64,000 nt of DNA from Podarcis tiliguerta. Taxonomy: Eukaryota. The stretch is from assembly GCA_965153285.1 (NCBI GenBank), contig OZ229114.1. One strand, written 5' to 3'. The translations under genes were made by a program, and so were the position numbers. The notes under the pieces are model-generated. The model saw only the letters and a list, made by a program, of their open reading frames with translations, was not told where the DNA came from and ran no database searches. Shown here one piece after another: positions 12,716 through 24,272 of this stretch (position 1 is the first letter of the stretch; each line of letters opens with the position of its first letter).

Positions 12716-14058
12716 CAGTTGCCAGTCACTGAGATATATGCTAGTGGCATTTTGTATGTACACCAAACTGTTTCCAAAATCACTCACCAATTAAACATGA
12801 TCAAGATTTGAATATTCGTAAAGCAGACTAATCATGAATAGTACATAGAGAAAAGAAGCAGAAACAAGGAAGGAAGGAAGAAGGAAGGAAACAATGAGGA
12901 GAAAAAAATTAAGAACTAACAAGAAGCATGGAAAAGTAGAAGAACAAAAAAGTCAACCAAGCTTGATCAGAAGTGCAAGGGGTTACCAGCAGTGCAAACT
13001 GTCCAACCAGAAAATGAAAGAATGAGTTAATGAATGTTGAAGTGCTTTTAAAAAAAGTTTTAAAACATTCAGCAGTTTTTTTGTGTTTGCTGATAATTAC
13101 GGCGTGACCAAAGAAAATGGGCAAAATTAAAAGGGGAAAATGTTAGCATACCTTTAAAAAGAAGTTGGAAAAATGAAGGCACTAAGAAGGCAAATGCACG
13201 GAGGAATACAAGAATGGCTCTACTTCAAGTTAAGGGGTCTAATCCAACTCTAGTCATGCACAAGGAACTTTGTACTACAACTAGTGGCCCTGAACTGGGA
13301 TGTGCCTTTCCATCTGCACTGTAATACATATCCAGCAAAAGCAGCATGAGAGGCATCCCACAAAACGTGCACACAGTAAAACCAAAGGTGCATCTCTGAA
13401 TCTGCATTACTTGTGCACACAGAAGCTTGCATCTGTATATGCTGGATTTAAAAAAACTGGCTTTCATATAATTTTGTTTTTCAGGCTCCCCTAGAACTGC
13501 TGGGAGAATTTCAGTCTCTAAAGAATTTCACCCTAAAGAATAGTAGGGAGAACACCTCTCCCACCCCCACAGCCTCATGAAGAAATTCATGTGCAACTGT
13601 GGGTCCAGATATTACAAGTAATGGACTTGGCCACAGCTCCTTCCAGTCTTCCTCTCTCAGCTCATTGCTTCCTTCAACCACCAGTATGAACTAATAGTAT
13701 AGTTTAATTCTGTGTCAACTGAGTGAAAATTCTACATGAGAATATTTGGGAACACTCTCTTCCTTCACTCCACCCTCCATTTTGCCACTCATAAATAAGT
13801 AGTGAAATTGTAATGTAGCCAAATCTGATTCACTTCATGGTGTTATGATGCTAGCCCATTCACAATGTGATCCTAAATTGTTTGGGATCATGCAGTGAAG
13901 ATACGCCACAACACTCTGTAACAGGATAAGGGTTTGGATTGTAGAAAATGAATATGTATTTATATGTCTGTTCTCATTTTTTGTTACACTGATCCCTCAC
14001 TCCCATCAGCTACCTCATTTTCATCCTTCTTGAATATGTTCCAATCCAGGTCAACCTT

Positions 14059-14132
14059 TGTTTCACCCCTGCCCAATATGCTGAAGGAGATCAGGCCTGA
14101 TCTCCTTCAGCATATTGGGCAGGGGTGAAACA
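14059..14132. repeat. Perfect 74-bp palindrome (37-bp arms, no spacer)
   Basis: tgtttcacccctgcccaatatgctgaaggagatcagg is followed directly by cctgatctccttcagcatattgggcaggggtgaaaca, its exact reverse complement (checked base by base). Confidence 0.98.
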
Positions 14133-14186
14133 GTTGTACACCTATAGGCATTGATTTCACCAGCAAATGCCTATAGGTGTACAACT
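14132..14186. repeat. Perfect inverted repeat: 21-bp stem with 13-nt loop
   Basis: Left arm agttgtacacctataggcatt (14132-14152), loop gatttcaccagca, right arm aatgcctataggtgtacaact (14166-14186). Confidence 0.97.
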
Positions 14187-14905
14187 TGTCCTGCATTTGC
14201 CAGGAGGACAGTGTGATCTTTGATTGCTGACTAAGCTATTGCTTCTTAAAATTGATCTTCTACAACATATAAGAGAGAAACCCTTGTTTGTTTTACAGCA
14301 TAATCCAGAACTTGTCTTCTCAAAAGTAAGTCCTACTAAATTTAGTAGGGTTTACTCCCAGTTAAATGGGGTTAGGATTGCAGCACTAGATAGTCTTTTC
14401 ACTTCCATAGATATGACTAAGTATGGGCTATGTGATTATTGTGTTCTTGTTGGGGAAAGACAATAAAGTTATCGTTTACCTTCCTGACCAATGTGTCCTC
14501 TAAACCTACCAAGACATAATGTAAAAAATAATTTAAACCATTTTCTAGGACAAGCAAAATGTGTGGTTCTCCCCACTCCAACTACAATAGAAACTCTCAT
14601 ATAAAAATCCATCACTAGTTTGGATGTTGGAAACCCAGGATGTGAACTTCTCTACAGAGCCTCAGTTTAAATGAATTTACAGGGCTACTGTGAGATTAAG
14701 TCAAAACAACCTCTGTAATTGAATGAAAGATGGAGTTCAAATATGGCATATATGGAAAAATGGCACCTAGTGCTGTGATAAGTTAGTGACACTGTCAAAC
14801 AATTTTTTACCATAATTCCACTTGGTCCATTATAATACTGTGATTTAAATGTGCCAAGGGATTGGGAACCTCTTTCTATGCTAAGGATTGCTTGCACACA
14901 TAGAT

Positions 14906-14936
14906 TCCTTCCTTCCTTCCTTCCTTCCTTCCTTCC
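14906..14936 (+). repeat. (TTCC)n microsatellite
   Basis: Read directly from the sequence. Confidence 0.95.
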
Positions 14937-16161
14937 CTCCTTTTGCTTTTATCTAAGCATAATTGTGAGTCTGTATGTTAGCACAAGTGTCTTGAAATAT
15001 TTGGAGTGCATGGGCTGGAGTGGAATGAAATATCATGCCTTTCAGCAGGGCCATATGGAGAGAAAATAGCAAAGGATCTGATAGCAGGTTCCTTTCAAGA
15101 TGTACAGGAATAGCAGCACACATCTCCATGGGATCATATGGATGAAATTCCTTGGGCCTTGAAACCTGTTGAGAGTCTTCAAATTCTTCTGTATACAGGA
15201 AGGATCTTTTTGATATAAAAAAAATTACTGGATCTCTATATTGTTGGATACATTTTGGTGTGCTTTTTCCTGAGTAAATCTTCTGGTAAATCTGTAATGT
15301 GCAGCCCATGCACTTTTGGTTACAGAACATTTTTAGTTTTCCAAGGGTTAGGAGAGAGGGGGGTGCAATATGCAGCAGCCAATCGGCATAAAGCAGGGAG
15401 GGCACTGAGGCTCAGTGGTTAACTTCCCAAGAGTCTCTTCTCCACCTTATGCTTTTGTGATTGTGCTTTGGATTAAACCTTCCCCCACAATTCTGAAATA
15501 TCCCTGGCCCTGAATAGATGCCCCCCAAAAAGTTCTTGGTCACTACTACCACAAGGCCTTTGGGTGCCACTCAGAATGGAAACTTTTAAAATCATGTAGA
15601 TAATAAATGGAACCATGATTTTGGAGAAATGTTGGAGCCAGATAGTGTGGGAACCCATATATCAATATACCTTTTAAAAAATGTAATGTACTTGCACAAT
15701 CAGTACCACCCAAACTAATTGTTAATGTACATTTTACGGTGGGACTATGCATTTCCTAAGACTACTGCCAAGAAGTAAATGCATTTGGGGTTTTTTAGAT
15801 TATAAATTACCGAATTCCTGTGAAACCCAAAAGAGAATTGCTAGTTATGATATCAGTTAAGGCTCAATTAAGATTAATAACACTTTCATTACTCTACAGA
15901 TATAATCTGGCTAAAGTTAAATACTTTTGAGTCTTACCAATTTTGTTGGCAAGGAGAGGTCTGCATGCTCATCCACACTACAGTGTAAGTCAATTAATGC
16001 AAACATCAGTGTAGTAGTAACCTATTTTCTCAGCACGCAAAGGAGAAATCTAGGCTATTGCAAAATCATTGTTTAAAAATGCTGGATCTGACTAGAGGAC
16101 CATCTGCTACAGAAAAGCTACTGGGGAGTGTTAATGGTATCCTGGCCTTCAGCTTTACCAA

Positions 16162-16271
16162 TAGGTAAAGGTAAAGGTACCCCTGCCCGTACGGGCCAGT
16201 CTTGACAGACTCTAGGGTTGTGCGCTCATCTCACTCTAGAGGCCGGGAGCCAGCACTGTCCGCAAACACTT
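16162..16271 (-). mobile_element. 5'-truncated Sauria SINE (3' ~110 bp)
   Basis: aggtaaaggtaaaggtacccctg tail and gcgctcatctc body. TSD-like CTTTACCAA at 16153-16161 and 16269-16277. Confidence 0.85.
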
Positions 16272-16359
16272 TACCAACACTACTGCCTTATTAGTTTTAG
16301 CTAAATATACAAATTTAAGGTTTGGTTGTTTTAATTGTTTTAAACAATTTTGGACTAAG

Positions 16360-16755
16360 ATTACCTACCATCTTGCGTCTTCTGCTGATGTTTAAAAGCT
16401 TTCAAGGAATCCCTGCTGGTTGTTCCATGACCAGCAGATAATAATGGGGAAGCAGGCTTTCTCAGTGACAGTACTGACCCTCTGGAGGGAACATCCTCCC
16501 TTAAGAAGACACTAATGACCTTTAGATTCCTGTCAAAAACATGACTCAAGCCTGACTCTTTAATGTTTAATTTTGTACATTGCTGAGTTTTATTCTGTGG
16601 TACACTGATATGTTTGGTTTTTATCTTATTTTTATCTAGTTTCATTATGGAGCGTTGTTGAATTTCAGTTGCATTTTATGTAAACTGCCTAAATTTTTTT
16701 TTATTATATTAAGCAGTACACTTTTTTTAAAAAAACAAATAAGTAGGTAAATAAT
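16360..16755 (+). mobile_element. Old L2-like LINE 3' end
   Basis: ctgctggttgttcca...gcaggctttctcagtg...ctctgg encodes a degenerate LLVVP/AFSV/LW motif. It is followed by a T-rich UTR, tgtaaactgcct and an A-rich tail. Confidence 0.55.
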
Positions 16756-16756
16756 A

Positions 16757-16998
16757 CAGTGGTACCTCGGGTTAAGTACTTAATTAGTTCCGGAGGTCCG
16801 TTTTTAACCTGAAACTGTTCTTAACCTGAAGCACCACTTTAGCTAATGGGGCCTCCTCCTGCTTCTGCGCCACCGGAGCACGATTTTTGTTCTCATCCTG
16901 AAGCAAAGTTCTTAACCTGAGGTAATATTTCTGGGTTAGCGGAGTCTGTAACCTGAAGCGTATGTAACCTGAAGCGTATGTAACCCGAGGTACCACTA
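16757..16998. mobile_element. Tc1/mariner-pogo (Tigger-like) MITE
   Basis: TIRs cagtggtacctcgggtta and taacccgaggtaccacta with TA flanks. Internal tandem tgtaacctgaagcgta. Confidence 0.92.
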
Positions 16999-19265
16999 TA
17001 TGCTGCTATGAGAAAGAGCAGCACTTGAGTTGTGACTGAGCCCTTTTTCTGCTAGTGGCTCCTGCATTGCAGGAGGAATATTTTAAAAGACCCAACTACT
17101 AGGGCAGGATAGATCCCAACCACAGAAACAACCCTCCACTGGGAGGAGTGGTGCTAGTTCTGTGGGGCAAACCCACATGTTTAGCCTCCCCCCCCATATG
17201 GATAGTTTAAACCTTACTCCACACTTATAAGAACTACTCAGGGGGAGGAACCTCAGGCCCAGGGCCCAAATATGTCCCTCCAGGACTTTCTGTTTGGAAC
17301 TCAACATTCTCCCCAGCACCACTTCTCTCCCCACGGACCACATCCTGGCCTCCTTTAATGCTTTTACATGAATTTTGCATACATAATTTTATTTGCCTGT
17401 TACTGAACAACTGAGGCTGGGAGTCCATAAGTCACAACAAGGTATATTGTTTTATTCCTAGCCATGAACCGGGACAGCATACATATATAAAGTGTCCAAA
17501 TGAATCCTAGGTGTTTGACAATCATTCTTGCAGAATGTGTCAATATTGCTGGTGTTTCAGTTTTTTTAAATTAATTTATTGTTGTTAGAACTGTTATTAA
17601 ATAAATGGCTGTATTTTGGGTGAATGTATCAATACTGCTGTTTGTTTTTAAAAGAATATCTTATTGCTGTTGTGATTGTTATTAAAGAAATGGCTGACTA
17701 AAAGAGATGTGCCCAGGGTGAATGACAGAAATTTTACATTTTCACTTTTTGATCTTGCTTAGGTAAAACATGAGAGAGCCAAAACCTGAACCTGCTGGAG
17801 TAGGAATCCAAAAGTAACTATCAAATACAGATTCTTACCAGACTCTTGCAGATGGATTTATGCTCTTTGATATATTTACGGAGCTGGTCAATGAACAAAG
17901 GCAACCTTTTTTAAGCAACCCCAGACTTTGCAGAGCTGATTTTGGGATTGCTTGGGAACAAAACTCCTGTCTGGCCTATAGAATCTATCTTGCACAGGCA
18001 GATGGAATGCCTACAGCTTCTTTTAGCTGTTATTAATGTTCAAGGAAACGTGGTTGGAAGAGTTCCATTATCTGAACCAAAAGAAAGGCTTGGAAAACCT
18101 CATGAGAAGCAGCAGACAAGCCTTGGGTCTATAGCTTCCTCATCACAGCTGTGGTTCAGAACACGTTTGAGATTCTCAAACTTTTCAGCCACTGCCTGCC
18201 AAACATAAAGACCTCAAATCATTCCCAGTTGCATGCATAAAAATAAATACTGTTTTTCATTCAGGCAGTGCCAATGCAATATGAGTTACTGAATGAGAGC
18301 CATCATGCGCAAATACTGCATTCAATCTGGTTGCTGAATGTTGTTCATGCTACGTTGTCTGTGAAACTCACACTGTAACATTCACCGTCACACTGCTTTA
18401 TGGCTAGTTGTTTTGTGGAGTGCCGTGGTTTACAGAGTTGCAATTAACTACACATGGCTAAAGCTAAAAGTGTTTTAGGAAACTGTTTTGTGGAAGCCCA
18501 GTAGAGATGTCGAGAAACACAATCTCAGCATTTCTACTTCTTCACCTGTAATTTTGAGCAAATTGAGTTTCTAGGCCTATGAGGTTGACAGCCTCTTGGG
18601 AATGACATTCCAGACGTTGATGCGAAATGTTCCCTCATGGTTAACATTACAGCTCAACATCCTATATCAAACACTTTCAATGCCGTTTTACATGTGTTTC
18701 CACATATTTCAGGATAAGTGAGCTTGTGTGTTTTTTTGTTTAATAACATATGCTGGAGCAAAATTAGCTGTGGGAAGAAATGTTTAGTAAAACCTCGGTT
18801 TGGATCCATGCCACCGGTGTGTGCCGTGAAACCAGGCCTTAAGCAATACAGTAGGAAACGTCTGTAGGTTTGGAGAGCATTGTCAGAGATGTCTCTCTAT
18901 ACTTTATGAACATCTTAGAAACAAACTTCCTGGCTGATGGAACTCTCTTCCTCCATTTAGGAGGCACGCAATCCCATCTCCTATCTGTTTCCAGTGGAAC
19001 AGAATACAGTAGATAATAATCCCTTTTGGTTTAAAGACATCTGTGTAACCTAGAAAGAAAGGAGCTTATAGTTCGAGTTGGGGAACACAATGTAAAAGAG
19101 AGGAACCCTGTTGTAACTGAAGCGTCTTAAAAGCCCCTTTGAGCTAACTGGGTGGTTCCTAAACTCTGAAGGACTAGAAAAGAAAAAGTAAAAAGGAAAC
19201 AGGAAACAGGAACTGTGTGGGTGAGTACATTATGGGCTCATCCACACTTCTCTTTATCCTGTGCG

Positions 19266-19407
19266 CAAAACTCCTGACAAGCTGGGCGAGGGGGCGCATA
19301 AAGATGTTAAAAAGCATCGGGGAGAGTATCGCACCCTGAGGCACTCCACACACCAAGGAGTGGCGCGATGACAATTCCCCCCCAAGCGCCACCCTCTGTC
19401 CCCGACC
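19266..19407 (-). mobile_element. Internal RT-core fragment of an L2/CR1-group LINE
   Basis: Minus-strand translation RGQRVALGGELSSRHSLVCGVPQGAILSPMLFNIFMRPLAQLVRSF contains the non-LTR RT motif GVPQGxxLSPxLF. Confidence 0.9.
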
Positions 19408-19954
19408 AAAGGGGACAGGGAAGTCCAGAGCCCTCAGGGCAGCTAATAAGATAACGAAACATTCTTAGCCTAAGTAAAACGTGAGAGTAATCTATTCCAG
19501 ACAACAGAGGTTCTTGAGAAAAATACACACATTTTCTTGCTTCTAGAGCAGGCTGGTCCAGCATCCGGTCCAAGGGCTGCATGTGGCCCTCAAGACCATT
19601 TTTGCCAACCCGTGGCAACAGTTGACACACCCACCCCAGCCCTCATGCTGCCTTCCCAAAGCTGGGTAAGCGAGATGCTGAGCTTTGGAAAGTAGGCTCA
19701 AAGCTCTGACAAGGTCCTAGAGTCCTCCTGCCTCCTTCCAAAAGCCTAGTTAGTGCTTGCCCAGCTTTGGAAAGGAGATGGGAACACTCTAAGACTCTGC
19801 CTGAGCTTTGGGATGGAGACGCAAGGAGACGCTACCTTAGAGAGAGGACTCTGCATTTTGTTTTCTTTTTCTGTTTTTTTTTTTAATTTAGATTAGTTTC
19901 TTATATTGTATTGTATTATGAAAAAGGCTTTCCAATGCTGGAATGCCTTTGTTA

Positions 19955-19958
<4 letters not shown>

Positions 19959-20020
<62 letters not shown>
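19959..20020 (+). repeat. Compound (TG)n(AG)n microsatellite
   Basis: Read directly from the sequence. Confidence 0.97.
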
Positions 20021-20024
<4 letters not shown>

Positions 20025-20162
20025 GTCATTGTTAATAAAGTAAATATCAGTGACTGTACTTTTCTGCATTTCAGTCCCTTCTGACCTCTGTATACAGTCC
20101 TCCCCAAACCATCCCATGACCATGTACATATGTACCTGCAATTCAAAATAGCATTTCATGCA

Positions 20163-20283
20163 TCTGTTGAAGTGCACTGTAGCCCATAAAAGCTTATACC
20201 ATACTAAATGTGTTAGTATTCAAAGTGCCCCCAAACTCTTTGTTGTTTTTGCTGCAAGAGATTAACATGGCTACCCCTCTGGA
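20163..20283 (+). mobile_element. Penelope-like element terminal repeat fragment
   Basis: gaagtgcactgtagcccataaaagcttat...tgttagt...aagtgcccc...ctctttgttgtttttgctgcaa...taacatggctacccctctgga is the typical sauropsid Penelope end as I recall it. Confidence 0.75.
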
Positions 20284-22442
20284 TACTTATTTTGTCTTTC
20301 TTTTTAAACCAAACCAGTTTTAACGTAAGGTTAAAAACTTTTTCCCTGCCCACCCAATTGCTCCAATCTTTTCCCAAACCGAAACCTTGTGCTACAGTAA
20401 ATAGCAGCTGTCTGCAAGGTTGCACAGTAGCTATCTTCTGCACCTGACACCTGAATATACACAGAAGCTAATGTGCACAAGTCTGTGGGTTGACCAGGCG
20501 CAAAGGCCAGCCACAGTTTTGTGAAACAAATGTGCAATGGAAAAGACTCTTCTAAAGATTCTGAACTCCTGAGGATACTCTCTGATTTATTATCTCCAGA
20601 AAGTTCATAGAATAGATGAGAGAAAAGGTTGTGATGGAGAACTCCATACCTTTTTGTACAAATCCTTCCCCTATATTCCTCAGACACACAGCATATTCTC
20701 TCTATACTGCTAAGAGTTGAAGGGGAAGAAGTAGGCTATATGTGAGACCCTTCTAACTCCTAGATCCAGCAAGTGTTAAAATATAAGCCTGGCTAGGTTC
20801 CTGTGTTGAAGTGATTGCCTGGGTGATTTACTTTTGTAGGGTGCTGGTGGTAGCACACCAAGCTCAGAACAGAAGTTCCTGACAAATGTTCCCTGATGAG
20901 GGGAGCCCAATCAATGTAACACTAAATGCCAATGTCTTCTGTTCGTGTATCCTGATTATTATTATTATCATCATAATTTATTAAATGTGCAAACTGGAAG
21001 GCTTGCTCTATAGACCAAAGTTTAGATCAGTGGGTTAATCACAGTGTTATGCTTCTCTCCACCATCATCATCCACCAAGCCAGGATCATGAGTTTGAAGC
21101 CTTTTTTCTGTCGTCTTCAAGGGCCTTTAACTGCAGAGTTTTAAAAAAATATTCCCTCTGCCACACTAAGCTGCAACTTTTAAGAACATAAAACAAGTTT
21201 GGGTAGACCAGTAAATTGCCTCAAAGCCACCTATTCTGGCTTATTATTACATCATAACAGGAGAGTATTCAGCCATAACTACTAGGTGGCTGGCTGCATG
21301 TGGTATATTCCAGGTGTACATATGAATGCATGTGCCTGCATGAGCACACACTCGCACATGCATGTGTGACTGTTCTTCATGCAGGAGTCACCCCAACAGC
21401 CTCCAGATTTCCAGAGCTGACAGTAATTAACTAGCAAATGTGCCCCCACCCCACTCCAGCAGCATATGTTTTCACTTCAGAAATATTTCTTGACATCTGT
21501 ATCCAATTGAAGAAGTGAGCAATACAGAATTGAATAAAGGGAAGTGGACATGGGGCATATATCCCTGACTTTCCTCTGCCTATCCACCCTCAGTCTACTC
21601 AATGATCCCTTGCACAAAAATGGTGGGGGAAAAGTCAGGGCTTCGTTTCAGTCATTCCAAGCTGCATGCCAGGAGAAAAGTGCCAGTTGTTGGCATTTGT
21701 CTGACTCAAAAGACAATGGAGTGTGTCTCCAGGGACAAAGTCAAACTGCTGTGTTATCAGCTCCAAAGTTCCCCCTCAGGACACAAGCCAAGGCAGTGTG
21801 TATGGAGGTCCCAGGTTCCCCAGTCAAAAATACTTTCCTCTCGGCCTCACTGAGGTGCTCCAAAGGAAAGCAGACAAATACATTTGGCACCAGTTGGCTG
21901 CAGCAACTGCTGAAAGGCAGAGTACAAGGCACCATCTAACTATTGGAGGGACTCCACTCTGGATTTGTGTAGGGCTTACTCTTTAGCCTTTTCTTCTCCG
22001 GAAGATACCATGCAAGACAGCAGAGGTTTAGGGTCAGTGTTTTCCTTGTCCTAGATGGGCTACTTTCTCAGGCTGATGATGAGCCTTATCTGCCCCTCAC
22101 TTCCTTCTACATCACATGAAACAAACTAATTAAAGGCTTCTTTGAGCCCCACTGGGGTCATCGACAGAGGTCTTACCACTGCATCATTGTATGATTTGCT
22201 GCTTCGGCCTTGCCATCAGTTAACCTCTGCTGGGGGTTAGACATTTTCCTGCATCTGTGCTATGTGATTGGATTGTTCAGTCATTCATGTTGCAGCAGAA
22301 TCACCTGCCCTCTAAGGAAGCATGCCAGTCCAATGACTCATGCAGACGCTCAAGGGGCCAGGCTCCCCTGAGGTTGGGCGCTCTAATTTTTAGACACTCT
22401 AAAAGTAATTCTTTTTAGTTATGAGCATGGTGTGCCACAAGC

Positions 22443-22870
22443 AGAGGTGGTGGAGAAATTTGACTTAATTCACATTTTAAAATGAGCCTATCTAATTCAC
22501 ACAATGAACAAACTGAAACACAGCCACGCTTTGAAATCTGCACTTCTCCAAATTTTGCAGTGTAATTCTACAGGCAAGTAAATGTGTACCCAAAAGTATA
22601 TACTAGGGGAAAGTGTGTAAATAAATGAAAACATTCGCAAAAATAATTGTGTATCTTATTATGGTATATAATAAGATTTGTATTTGGGAAAATGGTTTGT
22701 AAACATGCATGTCTTATCCAAAATTCCACAGAAAACTGTGTATATTTGAAATAATTTGCACTGAAATGCTGTTTAATTTTCATGAGGACTTTAAAAAAAA
22801 ATCAAACTGATGTGGAAATGTGGAGAACAGAATTTAAGACTGGGGAGCTGAGAAACTGAGAGAAACCAAG
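22443..22870. mobile_element. Old ~450-bp non-autonomous DNA-transposon-like repeat
   Basis: Shares the core aaactgaaacacagcc...gaaatctgcacttctccaaattttgcag with 52838-52975 and 62222-62748. Confidence 0.6.
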
Positions 22871-24090
22871 ATCCCCCCCCCCCCGCCCCGCCCTTGCTAG
22901 CCACATGCTATTCCTTGTGCCTCATAATTGCAGGGTAAATCTGGCACAGATTTATTTAAGGAAACTATAATACTTTGACTACTTTTTATAATTTTAGATT
23001 ATACTTACATTACATTTGCTTTTCTTTATGGCAGCAACTTTGCCCACAGATCATTGATTCTAAGATCTCCTTTTAGCTAAGAGCAAGTTCACACATTCAT
23101 ATTTATCATTCAGTGAGTGCCACCACATATCACACACCACAGGCAAAGCTATCTTAACAGTGAAGACTACCTTAAACATGGAGCTTTCTAATGGAGGTAG
23201 CTTCTACATTCAGCTGAAATCACCAAAGGAAGAGTCATGGAGGCTGTAGTCCTCTAGACACTTTCCCTGAAGTAAGCCCCATGCATCTTAATGGGCTTAC
23301 AAATTCTGAGCAAATGTGCATAGGAATAAACTGTAGACATCCATAAGACTGAGTTGTAAGTGGTGAGACTTCAAAAGATACGCATGCATTTGTAAATTAG
23401 TCCAAATGAGGGAAACCTAGCAAGAAAAGGCAGGAAACAACTAAGAATTTAGTTGAGGAAAGACTGAGAATATTAAGCATGAGAAACATGCACAATGAAG
23501 CAATGGAAAGTGCTAAAAATGAAAAACCACACTCTAGCAAGGTTCCTCCTACCTTGCTTAGGTTTCACAGAGTATCGAGTGCCAGAAACGACTTCATGCA
23601 GAACATGAAAGTATACAGGTGTTGTCAGAAAAGTAAAGGTCAAACTAAACAAGACATTTAAGTACACAACACACAAAAATACTTAAAATGACCTCATCTC
23701 CTTGTTTACAGAAATTAGTAATATGGACCTCCAATCCAGCTCAGGGCTGCAAAATTTCAGGAAACCTAACTTTTACGTTAGGTCAGAGCTCCCATAATGT
23801 TTAGGTTGTTGCTGCAAACAAAACTGTGTGCATGTGCAGAATTGCATCAACATTCTGAGCCAGAAAATGATTCCAAATGGAAGTCAATTTGTAACACTGC
23901 TGAGCATGACAAGCTGAACAAATTTCCATACTGAACTGAGGAAACTTCAGCAACTTCATTTGGCACAATCAGTATTAGTGATTTAAGGATTTGATCATTA
24001 CTTGCTGGTGTCCCTTATATTAATAAAGATGATGTATTTTAAGGCAACGTGCCTTAAAAGGGGGGGGGGGGTTAAAACAAGTTATAAGAA

Positions 24091-24272
24091 GAGCCATAGC
24101 TCAAGCAGTATAGCATCTGCCTTGCAAGCAGAAGTCCCAGGTTCCTGGGTTCAATCCCTGGCATCTCCCTCCAGTATAAAATCCCGGAAAGCAACTGCCA
24201 GTCAGTGTGGACAATACTGAGCTGGATAGACCAGAAGGTCTGACTCAGTGGAAGGCAGCTCCCTGTGTTCTT
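24091..24272 (+). mobile_element. tRNA-headed, CR1-tailed SINE (LF-SINE-like)
   Basis: A-box-like tagctcaagcagt, B box ggttcaatcc, body ctgccagtcagtgtggacaatactgagct, and CR1-type tail ggtctgactcagt...aggcagct...tgttc. Confidence 0.7.

Noticed and set aside
14047-14193. T-shaped double hairpin as a parvoviral ITR or viral telomere remnant
   Set aside because: The outer stem is only 7/8 bp, there are no Rep-binding tetramer repeats, and no NS/VP coding remnants lie nearby. Local template switching explains the structure more simply.
21985-22110. Segment resembling the 5' region of an RTE-type LINE
   Set aside because: The resemblance is from memory only and has no coding motif or TSD to support it.
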